Of a stretch of 64,000 nucleotides of DNA, positions 8,382 through 17,982 are shown in pieces. Origin of the DNA: a virus; the IMG/VR virus record IMGVR_UViG_2867339791_000001, positions 7,046 to 71,045 of that record; one strand, written 5' to 3'. The translations under genes and the position numbers were made by a program. How positions within the stretch are numbered: the first letter of the stretch is position 1; every line of letters begins with the position of its first letter. A model generated the notes under the pieces. It did not search any database. It saw only the letters and a list, made by a program, of their open reading frames with translations, and had not been told where the DNA came from.

Positions 8382-9073
8382 GCACCGACCACGACACCGA
8401 GCCGGTCCGGGCCGGCGACATCCTCGCCGCCGCCGGCTTCCGACCCGGCGCCGAGCCCGCACAGGTCGAGCCCAAACCGTTCGAGCCCGAACCGTTCGAC
8501 CGCATCGCGTTCCGCACCGACCAGGCTGCCGCCACGCTGGCCGCCCGCATCCCGCCGATGTTCGCCGACGCGACCCCCGACCACCCGCAGGTCGCCGCCT
8601 GGGTACGCCGGTTCCTCGCCAACCGACACGACTTCCCGTCGCTGGTCCTGGTCGGCCCGACCGGCACCGGCAAGACCTGGCTGTGCTGGGGCGCGGTCCG
8701 GGCCGTCGTCGAGGGCGTGGCCGCCCGCGGTGAGGGTCTGCGGTGGGAGGCCACCACCCACCCGGCCCTCAACGCGGCGCTGCGGCCCAGCGCCGACAAC
8801 GCCCACGTCGGGACGCTGGAACGGCTGATGCACGCGGACCTCGTGTTCCTCGACGACCTCGGCGCCGGCAAGCAGACCGAGTGGACCGGCGACGGCCTGC
8901 TGAGGCTGGTCGACTACCGCTGGTCACACCGCCTGCCGATGATCTACTCCGCCAACGCGGTCGGTCAGCCGCTCATCAACGCCGTCGGCGACCGGATCAA
9001 CTCCCGCCTCGGTGACGCAGTCAAGGTCGCGCTCCTAGGCGACGACCGGCGGTGGCGGCGGAGGTCAGCGTGA
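8378..9073 (+). CDS. DnaC/IstB-like AAA+ helicase loader
   Basis: Walker A GPTGTGKT, Walker B LVFLDDLG, R..SRL arginine finger. Confidence 0.88.
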   Translation: MSTDHDTEPVRAGDILAAAGFRPGAEPAQVEPKPFEPEPFDRIAFRTDQAAATLAARIPPMFADATPDHPQVAAWVRRFLANRHDFPSLVLVGPTGTGKTWLCWGAVRAVVEGVAARGEGLRWEATTHPALNAALRPSADNAHVGTLERLMHADLVFLDDLGAGKQTEWTGDGLLRLVDYRWSHRLPMIYSANAVGQPLINAVGDRINSRLGDAVKVALLGDDRRWRRRSA

Positions 9074-10473
9074 CCGGCCTCATGGAGCGCACCGCCACCA
9101 GCCCGGAGGAGTGGGGTCCGCCGCCGACCGACGAGCCGCCGCCGTCGGAGGGCCAGTACGACCGGGTGCCGCCGCACAACGTCAAGGCCGAGCAGATCGT
9201 CCTGGGCGCCATGATGATGTCCGTCGAGGCGATCGTCGACATCGAGCGGATCGTCAAGCCCGGCGACTTCTACCGGCCGCTGCACGGGCGGATCTTCGAG
9301 ACGATCACGAAGCTGGCCGCGCAGCGGGAACCGACCGACCCCATCGCGATCGCCGAGGCACTGGGCCCGGACCTGTCCCTCGTCGGTGGGGCCCCGTACC
9401 TCCACACCTGCTACGCCGCTGTTCCAACGGCCGCCAACGGGCCGTGGTACGCGCGGATCGTCAAGGAGAAGGCCGACCTACGGCGCATCGCCGACGTTGC
9501 CACGTTCATCCGGCAGCGCGTGTTCGAGCTGGGCGACCTGCCGGCCGCCGACCTGGCCGAGCAGGTGCGGGAGCGGCTGAACGCGATCGAGGACGGCACG
9601 GTCGAGGGTGCCCGCCGGTGGGCGCAGATCATCCCGGACGTCGTGAAGGCGATGGAGGCCGCCGCCGACCCGGAGCAGGACGACGCGCCGCGGATCCCCA
9701 CCGGCTTCCGGGACCTGGACCGGCTGCTCGGTGGGGGCTGGAAGGGCGGGCAGCTCATCGTCGTGGCCGCCCGCACCGGCGTCGGCAAGAGCATCGCCAC
9801 CCTCGGGTTCGCGAAGACAGCCGCCGTCGATTGCGAGATCCCGTCGGCGATCGTGTCGCTGGAAATGGACGACGTCGAGATCGGCCTACGGCTGCTGTCG
9901 TCCGGGTCGAAGGTGCCGCACAAGGTCATCCTCACCGGCCTGCTCGACGAACAGGACGCGAGCTGGGTCGAGTGGTTCAAGAGGATCAGCAAGGACGCCC
10001 CGCTGTGGGTCGACGGCACCTCCTGCCAGTCGCTGGCGGACATCCGCTCCCTGGCCCGGAAGCTGCACCGGCAGCACGGGCTGCGGCTGCTGGTCGTGGA
10101 CTACCTGCAACTCGTGGAGACGACGAAGGGGGCGGAGAACCGGCAGCAGGCTGTTGCGGCGATCTCCCGCGGGCTGAAGCTGCTGGCGAAGGAACTCGAC
10201 ATCGCGGTGATCGCCGTGTCGCAGCTGAACCGGGGTCCGGAGCAGCGCGCCGACAAGCGGCCCATCCTCAGTGATCTTCGCGAGTCCGGTGCGATCGAGA
10301 ACGATGCCGACGTGATCATCCTGCTGCACCGGGATGACTACTACGACAAGGAGTCGCCCCGCGCCGGGGAAGCGGACTTGATCGTCGCGAAGCAGCGCGG
10401 CGGCTCCACCGACACGGTGACGGTGGCCGCGCAACTTCACCTGTCCCTCTTCGCGGACATGGCGATCGTCTAG
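9070..10473 (+). CDS. dnaB: Replicative DNA helicase DnaB
   Basis: PPHNVKAEQIVLG; AARTGVGKS; VVDYLQL; SQLNRGPEQRADKRPILSDLRESGAIENDAD. Confidence 0.97.
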   Translation: MTGLMERTATSPEEWGPPPTDEPPPSEGQYDRVPPHNVKAEQIVLGAMMMSVEAIVDIERIVKPGDFYRPLHGRIFETITKLAAQREPTDPIAIAEALGPDLSLVGGAPYLHTCYAAVPTAANGPWYARIVKEKADLRRIADVATFIRQRVFELGDLPAADLAEQVRERLNAIEDGTVEGARRWAQIIPDVVKAMEAAADPEQDDAPRIPTGFRDLDRLLGGGWKGGQLIVVAARTGVGKSIATLGFAKTAAVDCEIPSAIVSLEMDDVEIGLRLLSSGSKVPHKVILTGLLDEQDASWVEWFKRISKDAPLWVDGTSCQSLADIRSLARKLHRQHGLRLLVVDYLQLVETTKGAENRQQAVAAISRGLKLLAKELDIAVIAVSQLNRGPEQRADKRPILSDLRESGAIENDADVIILLHRDDYYDKESPRAGEADLIVAKQRGGSTDTVTVAAQLHLSLFADMAIV

Positions 10474-10925
10474 GCGCACGTCGGCCAGGTCCGGTGCTTA
10501 GGCGAGTTTCTGGTCCGGATCTGGTCGCCGTAGGGTGACGTGTGGCTGCCGTCGCCGACAGCCGCCCGGGTTCCCCCAAGGCCGTGTCACCGACGACCTC
10601 CTGTGCATTCGCCTACACAGGGCCGAATCAGCGAAGGCCAGCGACGGCACCGCCACCAAGTCGGCGCTGCCCTCGTCCACGTCGGGTTCCCGGACGGCGA
10701 AGCTGGGCCGGTTGCCGTTCGGCGACGTCTGCTCGGCAGCCGCGGGTGGAGCGGCGTGGGTTCGGCAGGCAGGTGTTCGAGCGGATCGTCGCCGCGCGGC
10801 GAGCTGGTGGGGACGTCGCCGGCTAGGGCGTGCGGATCGACGCGAAGGACAAGTTCGGGGGCGGGTTCGACTCGCGGGATGCTCCGCTCGCCGGACCAGG
10901 TGGGCTAGTCCGCCTGGCGGACCAG

Positions 10926-10958
10926 ACGGCCCCCGCACCGAGCCGGTGCGGGGGCCGT
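10926..10958. terminator. Perfect 15-bp hairpin, terminator-like
   Basis: ACGGCCCCCGCACCG-AGC-CGGTGCGGGGGCCGT just downstream of the minus-strand gene ending at 10965. Confidence 0.6.
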
Positions 10959-10964
10959 ACTGGT

Positions 10965-11180
10965 TCAGCGGATCTGCCGGTACACCCGGTCGAGGACCAG
11001 GAAGGTGGCCAGCGCCAGGCTCACCGGCGTGGACATCTCCGGGAGGTACTGCGCGCCGACCCCGACGACGGCCGCGACCAGCGCGAACGCGAGGGTGCGC
11101 AGCGGGACCGTGCGGCCCTGTGGCGCTCCGCTCGGGACCTTGTACTGCGGTTCTGGGGGATAAGGAAGTACGCTGTTCAT
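10965..11180 (-). CDS. Small two-TM membrane protein
   Basis: RBS GAAAGG; two hydrophobic helices; followed by a hairpin. Confidence 0.65.
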   Translation of the reverse strand: MNSVLPYPPEPQYKVPSGAPQGRTVPLRTLAFALVAAVVGVGAQYLPEMSTPVSLALATFLVLDRVYRQIR

Positions 11181-11704
11181 TGGCGACTTGCCTTTCTGCC
11201 TGCTCCGGCGATTGGTAATTGCGCTTCGACGGGCGCCCGGCTGCAACCGGGCGCTCGTCCTTCTTCTCGCGCCGCGTCGGTCGACGACGGCACGTCGTCC
11301 GGCGCCTCGAAGTGGGTCCACGTGCCGCGGTCCCGCCCTTGGTGCTGGAACTTCCCAGACTCTATCCGGCCGATACGGCATGCCGCGCCCACGGCACCGG
11401 TTGGACAGCTATCGGACCTTGCCCCGGACGCCTTGTGTGGCAAGGCGAGGCCCGATAGTTCTGGCCCGGGTGGACGGCCCGGACGTGCGCGACCGCCCGG
11501 AGAAGGATGCCTGGCAGAAAGGGCCGGTGACCAGGATTTGGCGGTTTGCCACCCAAGTTCCGGCGGCTCCTCGGTGGGCTTGACGACCGGCTTGCGCTCG
11601 ACCTCCGCGGCGTTGTCCACAGACCCGTAGATGGGACTCGCGCAGGCGGCCAGCGGCCTTGTAGGAAGACCCGTAGGCGGGACTCGGCCAGAACGGCCAC
11701 GGAG

Positions 11705-12067
11705 TCACCGTGGCCGGACGTCGCAGTCGGCGCTGATGATCGGGTCCACCCGGACGTCGGGGCGGAGGCGGCAGCGGAGCACCAGGTGACCGCCGCAGGA
11801 ACAGGGCCGCCAGTCGCGGACCGGCCGGGTCGCCGACCCGCCGGCGTACGGATGCCCCTCCTTGCAGACCTCCGGCTCCTCGCCGACCAGCTCGCGGACC
11901 TGCCGGTGGGGGAAGGCGACCACGTGGGGGTCGGCGCGGGCGCGGTCGACCAGGTGGCGCAGCTCGGCGGGCGAGCCCACGACCCGCTCGATCACGGTGA
12001 CACCGGCCCGGCTGTTGCCGGCCCGGTCCCAGCGGATCGTGAAGTGCCACCGGTTGCGCCACTCCAC
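11705..12067 (-). CDS. Hypothetical Cys/His-motif protein
   Basis: C..GH...W.PCSCGGH..LRC motif, shared with the frameshifted gene at 49678-50057. Confidence 0.55.
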   Translation of the reverse strand: MEWRNRWHFTIRWDRAGNSRAGVTVIERVVGSPAELRHLVDRARADPHVVAFPHRQVRELVGEEPEVCKEGHPYAGGSATRPVRDWRPCSCGGHLVLRCRLRPDVRVDPIISADCDVRPR

Positions 12068-12137
12068 GCCCGCAGGCTACTCGCACAGACGTTCGATCGG
12101 CGGTTGGACTGTCCGACCCGCCGGACATACTGGCGGG

Positions 12138-13046
12138 ATGTCCAGTGCGATGAATGTGACGTACCGGGTGGCCCGCGACCTGCCGGCCGCCCAGCAGGCC
12201 ACCTGGAGCAACCTGCTCGCCGACTTCACCGCGGAGGTGCCCAACCCGGAGAAGGTCGAGGTGGTCATCACCGACGAGTACGAGAAGGTGACCGGCGAGT
12301 ACCTGGTCCAGGAGGTCGACCGCTCCAACGACACGATGACCGCCGAGCAGTACCGGGCCGACAGGGCCGACGGTGCGCGGGCGGCCGCCAAGACCTGCGT
12401 CTTGCCGGGCGACCGGATCGTCGTCGTGGCCAGCAGCGGCCTGGTGCCGTACGGGATCCGTCCCGCCCGGCACGGTCTGCTCCACGAGGCGCAGCATGTG
12501 CGCCTGCACCAGCACGGGGACGCCGCATGGGCCCTGCACCGGCGGGCGCCGTTCACGCTGCCCGAGCGGGAGATCACGTGGGAGTACCTGTGGCTCGCCG
12601 AGAGCGCCATCGACGAGTACCGGTGCGAGCGCACCGTCCACGACCGGGGGTGGACGGACCCGGTGAACACGGTCGGCGCCGGTGATGTTGCCGGCGTCGT
12701 CGCGACCTTCCGCGCTGCCCGCACCGCCTGGGACCGCACCGGCGACCTGATGGGCGCCTACCACGCCGCGTTCGCCTCGCTGGACCGGATGTCGAAGGTC
12801 CTCGGCTACGGGGCTGCCGGTGTCGTCAGCGGGGTAATCCCGGCCGCCGCGTGGGCGAAGGCGCCCGTGGCGGGCCGGATTCTGGACGTGGTGGAGAACC
12901 TGCCGGGCACTGACGCGCTTGTGCCGCCTGAGGATCTGCTCGCGGCGGCCGTGGAGGTGGCGAAGCGGCTGCGCCGGATCTTGCAGGAGATGGGCTTCGA
13001 CTACTTCTTTACGCCCGACGGCGGCACGTACCTCAAGCCGCTGTGA
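12138..13046 (+). CDS. Hypothetical protein with HExxH zincin-like motif
   Basis: LLHEAQHV at 12483 and a downstream E(SAIDE); phage-like codon usage. Confidence 0.6.
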   Translation: MSSAMNVTYRVARDLPAAQQATWSNLLADFTAEVPNPEKVEVVITDEYEKVTGEYLVQEVDRSNDTMTAEQYRADRADGARAAAKTCVLPGDRIVVVASSGLVPYGIRPARHGLLHEAQHVRLHQHGDAAWALHRRAPFTLPEREITWEYLWLAESAIDEYRCERTVHDRGWTDPVNTVGAGDVAGVVATFRAARTAWDRTGDLMGAYHAAFASLDRMSKVLGYGAAGVVSGVIPAAAWAKAPVAGRILDVVENLPGTDALVPPEDLLAAAVEVAKRLRRILQEMGFDYFFTPDGGTYLKPL

Positions 13047-13115
13047 CCCGCCGGCCCGCTGGGTGACCTGCGGGCCAGCATGGCCGGAAGGTGTCCGGCC
13101 GCAGTCCGATTGCCT

Positions 13116-13212
13116 ATGCTCATAGCCGTGACGGGGCTGATAGAGATCGCGGTGGTGGTGCTCTTCGTAACGCGGGTGACCCGGCTGATCGTCGCCGATT
13201 AGATCACCCGCC
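13116..13212 (+). pseudogene. Remnant of a DUF1360-like phage membrane protein
   Basis: MLIAVTGLIEIAVVVLFVTRVTRLIVAD*IT; in-frame TAG 13200-13202, then truncated. Confidence 0.4.
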
Positions 13213-13224
13213 GCGCGTGTTCGT

Positions 13225-14985
13225 CTAATCGGCCGCACTGACCTCCAGGGTTCGAACTTGGCGAGGAATAGCAACCCGTGCAAGTGGACCCGAATAATAG
13301 TTGCTCCACAGAACTGTCAGCCACTTCTCGTCGGGAAGCACGATCTCAGTAACAGACTCATAATTGAATCTTGAATTCCATAGGTTGATCACGGCCCTCA
13401 CACAATATGCCTTTTCGAGCGAAATCCTCCCTCCTCGAAAGTCCACTCCCACTAAGTCGAAGACCGAATCATGGATCGACGAGTGATCCAGATTAAGGCT
13501 GCCGGCCCAAAATTCGGCGGAATTGAACTGGAGGGTTGCCTTTGGGTGATCATCCCACACCATGTCGCGCTCTTCCACGGGCAACCGTTCGAGCCTCTTA
13601 ACCCAATCAGAGACCTCCCGCGAAGGCTCTTTCCGCTCCGGCCCCTCGAAGTGTGAGTACTCGAAGTCGACCAGACAGCCCTTGAATCTAGCTCCGGCGA
13701 AGTTGACCTCACTACGTGTGAAGCGCGCGTACGCGAATGAAAGGCGCCCTCCAGCGAGGACCGAGTTCGCGAGGGAGATTATGCCCCCCTCGAATCTAGA
13801 TTCGCGAAATGAAACTGTGCCCCCATTCAACAAGATGTGCTCTAGAGTTACCCAACAACCATCTCGACGCGCTCCTCGGACGAGCTTTTCGTCGCGAGCC
13901 GTCTCGCTACTTGACCGTTCTTCATACTGAAGTGAGCCGAGGTAAATGCGGCCGTCCTGGATGATTGAGTCGTTGAAGCTAAGCGGCGCAGAGCCACGTC
14001 TGTCACCAGTCGGGTAGACCGAAAGGCGACCGAAATTGAGCAGCGAACCGTCAATCAGGCAGCCCTCGAAGGAAAGTTGGCCGCCACGAATCACTCCATG
14101 ACTGCACGCAAGTGCGGCGCCCGAAAATTGGGCTTCCACAAAGGACACTTTACCACCGTCAAGGAGTAGGCCACTTAGCGCCACCTCACCCCCCGAAAGC
14201 TGTGCATGGCTAAGGTCTAGACACCCACCAGCCACCACCAGCCCCTTGAGACTGAGTTCGCCTTCCAACAACTTCGCATTCGAGAGGTTCAAGGTCGACC
14301 GCTCAAGCCTTATATCATCAAAACAGGCGCCATCAAGCGTGGCGCCACTCATGTCGAAACGATACCCATCCCACGTCTGGGCCGCCTCCTCCAACAAATG
14401 CTCTCGGATCACCGAGAACACAGTCCGCCGAACCTCCCGCTCGCCACTGTTCTCTATACCCGGCATCACCGGGAGTCGCGCATATGCACAGAGGACATCG
14501 ATACATCGCTGACGGCCCGCCGGCCAATCCTCAGCCAAAGACGCAAGAGAGTAGACGCCGCTTAGCCGAACGGCAGGCGAGTCAGCGTTACCGAGAAGGA
14601 TTACGGCCTGATCAAACCTTTCATTGAGGCTTCGATACACCTCGCGTTGTTCAGACCGTTCACTCCGCTGGTGATCCTTCTCGCCTCGGAGATGCTCAGC
14701 TTCCGTTGCAAGTTGCTTCCTGTAGGCAACAACAAGAGCACCAGCGCCCCCGATGCCACCGGCAACGGCTAGTGCCACCTTCGCGAGGTCCAAGACGTCC
14801 TTGGGCGACGAGGCTCCGATTTTCGTGCGAGGGTTCATCAAGAGGAGCCAACCAACAAAGCCCACCGTGGCCGCTACAGCTAGCGCGAGAATTACGACAA
14901 AAGTAATCGCCATGATAAGAGGAACTCGTCCAACGGAATGGGGGTTCTTAAGGACAGTTGAATTTCGTTCCGCTTCGTCCGTCAT
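13225..14985 (-). CDS. Membrane-anchored pentapeptide-repeat protein (low GC)
   Basis: Two N-terminal TM helices; ERF..AV..LG...AVRL.GVY.LA.LA.DW...RQ.CIDVLCAY; then [VL].F..A.[FL].GG decapeptide-period repeats. Confidence 0.85.
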   Translation of the reverse strand: MTDEAERNSTVLKNPHSVGRVPLIMAITFVVILALAVAATVGFVGWLLLMNPRTKIGASSPKDVLDLAKVALAVAGGIGGAGALVVAYRKQLATEAEHLRGEKDHQRSERSEQREVYRSLNERFDQAVILLGNADSPAVRLSGVYSLASLAEDWPAGRQRCIDVLCAYARLPVMPGIENSGEREVRRTVFSVIREHLLEEAAQTWDGYRFDMSGATLDGACFDDIRLERSTLNLSNAKLLEGELSLKGLVVAGGCLDLSHAQLSGGEVALSGLLLDGGKVSFVEAQFSGAALACSHGVIRGGQLSFEGCLIDGSLLNFGRLSVYPTGDRRGSAPLSFNDSIIQDGRIYLGSLQYEERSSSETARDEKLVRGARRDGCWVTLEHILLNGGTVSFRESRFEGGIISLANSVLAGGRLSFAYARFTRSEVNFAGARFKGCLVDFEYSHFEGPERKEPSREVSDWVKRLERLPVEERDMVWDDHPKATLQFNSAEFWAGSLNLDHSSIHDSVFDLVGVDFRGGRISLEKAYCVRAVINLWNSRFNYESVTEIVLPDEKWLTVLWSNYYSGPLARVAIPRQVRTLEVSAAD

Positions 14986-15093
14986 TCGCATACCGTTTCC
15001 GTTGCACAGTGTCTATAGTGTGTCGCCAGAGCGCGATCGGAGCCTAAGCTGTTCGCTCCTGCAGCACCCTGGTCGAGGGCTCGATCCCATCCC

Positions 15094-15211
15094 GATGCTC
15101 CTATAGAGGTCAAGGGGTGAGGAGGGCGAAGTCGCCGCGTAGGGCGGTGTAGATGTTTCTAAAGATGTAGCGCTTCAGGCAGCCGGAGGCTTCCTGCTTG
15201 TTGAGGACCCC
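15094..15211 (-). mobile_element. IS110-family right-end remnant
   Basis: Minus frame GVLNKQEASGCLKRYIFRNIYTALRGDFALLTP* resembles IS110 transposase C-termini (CLKRYIAREIY); followed by CCTTGACCTCTATAGGAGCATC. Confidence 0.6.
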
Positions 15212-15380
15212 GGTGGCGCGTGGTTGCCGCTAAGACCGGGTGCGTAGGCTACTGCGTCCGAACACGCCAGCGGCGGCCGAGCCCCCCGACCCGGCCGCCA
15301 CCACGATCCCGTTACCTTCCACGGCACGTGTGATCACCGCCCACAGTAGCCCCTGAGCTGCGCCGGAGGAGATCACCAGC

Positions 15381-16193
15381 ATGACCGACACCACCAGCTC
15401 CGACCGGCAGTGCATCTCCGGCGACCGCTGCAAGGGCTACGACCACCTGGCCAAGCACCCCGCCTGGACCGACCCGTACTGCGCGCTGTGCGAAGCGTGC
15501 CTTGCCGCCGCCCGCCGCGACGTCCGCACCCTGCTCTACGACTGGCTCGACCTGGCGCAGATGCAGGCCCCGTCCCTGTCGCAGGCGATCAACCCGCAGC
15601 CCGGCGCCCACCGCGACCCGCCGATGCCGCTGCGCGGCGAACCCGACGCCCTGCAACGGGAGATCCACCACGTTCTCACCACCTGGGAGACGGAGGTCCG
15701 CAACGCGGCCGGCCTCGCCGACCTGCCACCGCTGGCCCAGCACGGCGCCGCGGTGCAACGCGCCGTCACCGTCCTCGAACCCCGCCTGCGGCTGCTCGCA
15801 ATGTTGCCGCCGACGGCCGTGTACCCGACCGGCTGCGAGGACCCCGCCACCGACGTCGCCGGCTGGGAGGCCGTCGCCCACCTGTCCCGGCTGCGTGCCC
15901 GCGCCCGCTCGATGCTCGGCTGGACGTTCCGCTCCCGCTGGGTGCCGGGGGACTGCTGGGCGTGCGAGGGCCGCGACGCCGACGACCTCGACGGCCCCCT
16001 GTACCGGGCGGAACCGCGGTACGAGGAGGACGACTGCGAGGTGTGGTGCGACCGCTGTGGGGAGCACCGGCCGGCCGCCGACTACGACGAGTACGTGCGG
16101 ACGCTCCGCTGGCCTGGCACCCCCGACCCAGAGCCCGATCCGGAGCCCGATCCGCAGCCGGCGCCGGAGACGCCCGCCGAGGCGACGGCGTGA
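15381..16193 (+). CDS. Phage protein with C-terminal CxxC..CxxC zinc ribbon (possible late-gene regulator)
   Basis: RBS GGAGGAG; CWAC..CDRC; position just before the packaging module. Confidence 0.7.
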   Translation: MTDTTSSDRQCISGDRCKGYDHLAKHPAWTDPYCALCEACLAAARRDVRTLLYDWLDLAQMQAPSLSQAINPQPGAHRDPPMPLRGEPDALQREIHHVLTTWETEVRNAAGLADLPPLAQHGAAVQRAVTVLEPRLRLLAMLPPTAVYPTGCEDPATDVAGWEAVAHLSRLRARARSMLGWTFRSRWVPGDCWACEGRDADDLDGPLYRAEPRYEEDDCEVWCDRCGEHRPAADYDEYVRTLRWPGTPDPEPDPEPDPQPAPETPAEATA

Positions 16194-16591
16194 AGCCCGA
16201 CTACGACCGGCAGACCAACCCCCGCTGGCCGAACCACCTCGACGACGCCACCCACCGGGCGCGGGCGGTCGCCCGCATGTACCGGGCGCACCTGCGCGCC
16301 GTCCGCCCGGACCTGTGCGACCAGGCCGACGCCACCGCCGCCGGCTTCGGCGAGGACTGGATGCTCGACCGCCCCGAGGTCATCGAGCCGGACCGGGAGC
16401 TCACCACCGCTCAGGCCGCCGAGCTGGTCAACGTCTCCCCGCTCACCATCCGCAAGTGGGCGTGCCTCGACCACCCGGACGACCCGACCCGCAAGCTGCT
16501 TCCCCGCTTCGACAAGCGGGGCCGCGAGACCGTCTACCTGGCCGGTCAGGTACTCGAAGCGGTCGCCGTCCTGCGACGCGCCAAACCGTGA
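16190..16591 (+). CDS. HTH DNA-binding protein (excisionase/MerR-like wHTH)
   Basis: LTTAQAAELVNVSPLTIRKW; GTGA coupling. Confidence 0.8.
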   Translation: MKPDYDRQTNPRWPNHLDDATHRARAVARMYRAHLRAVRPDLCDQADATAAGFGEDWMLDRPEVIEPDRELTTAQAAELVNVSPLTIRKWACLDHPDDPTRKLLPRFDKRGRETVYLAGQVLEAVAVLRRAKP

Positions 16592-16655
16592 CCAGCAAGG
16601 TCACTTGCGGCGACGTGTTCCGGCCGGTATACGTTTGAGCAGCACCGTTGTCTCC

Positions 16656-16692
16656 AAAGGCCCGCCGCGTCCCCCGTTCGCGGCGGGCTTTT
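16656..16692 (+). terminator. Intrinsic terminator
   Basis: GCCCGCCGCG/CGCGGCGGGC stem followed by TTTT. Confidence 0.75.
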
Positions 16693-16712
16693 GCGTGTCC
16701 GGGGGTGGTGCG

Positions 16713-16919
16713 ATGGCCGCGAGGATGCGCCGCGCCCGCACGATCGTGGCCTGGATCCTCCTGGCCGGCTCGATCATCTGCTGGCCGATCTCGATGAAGA
16801 CGTGGGCGAAGGACGAGCCGCCGTTCGTGCTGTCGCTGTCCTTCCTGGCGATCATCATCGAGGCCGCGACCCTGCTCACCTCGTCCCAGGTCCACGAGAG
16901 CCAGGAACGCGACCAGTGA
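16713..16919 (+). CDS. Small two-TM membrane protein
   Basis: Two hydrophobic helices. Confidence 0.6.
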   Translation: MAARMRRARTIVAWILLAGSIICWPISMKTWAKDEPPFVLSLSFLAIIIEAATLLTSSQVHESQERDQ

Positions 16920-17010
16920 CCCGGCGGGGCCTGAACCTCCGACTCCCGCCGTGATGGCGGATGCCCGCCGCCCGGGGTCCAGGGCGAATCCCGTGATGGG
17001 CGACGGCGTG

Positions 17011-17265
17011 ATGCCGAAGGAAACGATCTACGACCTTGTGGGCACGTTCGATGTGCAGGTCGGCTGGCAACCCACCCCCACCGGCTCCGTGCAGTTGGGC
17101 ATCGAAACCCACGACGGGCGCAGCATCGCCGAGCACCTGACCGGCGACGGCGAAACCCCGGCCAACTTCACCGGCCTGTGGGGCACCCTCGACCGCGAGG
17201 GCATCAACCGGCTGATCCGCACCCTGCGCCGTGCCCGTGACTCCGCGTTCGGCCGCGACGAGTGA
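17011..17265 (+). CDS. Small conserved-looking phage protein
   Basis: VQVGW...VQLG...LDREGINRLIRTLRRARDSAFG; start could be 16951. Confidence 0.65.
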   Translation: MPKETIYDLVGTFDVQVGWQPTPTGSVQLGIETHDGRSIAEHLTGDGETPANFTGLWGTLDREGINRLIRTLRRARDSAFGRDE

Positions 17266-17312
17266 GTGCCGCCCCGGCCCGGCTCGCACCGCCGGGCCGG
17301 GGCCACCCCCGG

Positions 17313-17924
17313 TTACCGCACCTGCTTCAACAGTGCCTCGACGTCGGTCAGGGTGAACGGTAGGCGCTCCCCGTCGGTGGCCGGCAGCTCCACCTCCACG
17401 GTCAGGTCACCGAGCGCTGACACCGGTACCGAACTGGACTCCACCAGCCTGCCCGAACCGCCGACCGGGATCCGGTTCCCGGCATCCGCCTGAAGCAGCT
17501 TCTGCTTCTCGCCGTCCGGCCAGTCGTACCCCGCCTCCAGCTCGGCGTCCTCCCGGTTCGGCCCGTACATGAGGTCCATCTCCCCGTTGCCCGGCATCAG
17601 CGGCAGTACGTCCTGGGTGCCGTTGCGGACCTCCAACGTCAGCCGCACGATCGCCCTCGACTTCGGGACGTCGACCCCCCACGCGTTGGGGACCTGCTCG
17701 ACGGCGACCAGCTTGGCGGTCAGCCCGTCGGGCCAACTCGCACCCTCGGCCGCGGGCCCTTCCAACACCGGCATCGCCCCGTCCGTCCCATCAGGCGCCG
17801 GGGACAACGTCGGGACGGCGGCCGTGGACGGCGAACCCCCAACCACCGGGTCCATACCCCCCGAGCACCCCGTGGCCAGCACGGCAACAACACCCGCAAC
17901 TGCGACATAACGAAGAACATGCAT
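17313..17924 (-). CDS. Lipoprotein (possibly DUF4352-like Ig fold)
   Basis: Signal peptide with lipobox LATGC, Pro/Thr linker, beta-rich domain (IVRLTLEVRNGT). Confidence 0.7.
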   Translation of the reverse strand: MHVLRYVAVAGVVAVLATGCSGGMDPVVGGSPSTAAVPTLSPAPDGTDGAMPVLEGPAAEGASWPDGLTAKLVAVEQVPNAWGVDVPKSRAIVRLTLEVRNGTQDVLPLMPGNGEMDLMYGPNREDAELEAGYDWPDGEKQKLLQADAGNRIPVGGSGRLVESSSVPVSALGDLTVEVELPATDGERLPFTLTDVEALLKQVR

Positions 17925-17982
17925 CGGGCCAGCATGGCTGACGCTGCGTGAGGTCGCTGTCACCGACACGAACCCGCCGAAG

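Noticed and set aside
10498-10938. Several overlapping ORFs downstream of dnaB
   Set aside because: No RBS, motif or codon pattern favours any frame; left unannotated.
11177-11620. Possible XRE remnant (GRIESGK) in a 147-aa minus ORF
   Set aside because: Similarity is limited to a few residues and the rest is low-complexity.
11409-13283. 624-aa minus-strand ORF and other long Arg/Pro/Gly-rich ORFs (e.g. 32056-34365, 38029-40167, 40360-42420, 45205-47127, 57619-59766)
   Set aside because: Shadow frames overlapping well-supported genes; no motifs and low-complexity composition.
16123-16160. GAGCCCGATCC tandem repeat
   Set aside because: Encodes a PDPEPDPEPDPQP low-complexity tail; no evidence of a DNA-level role.
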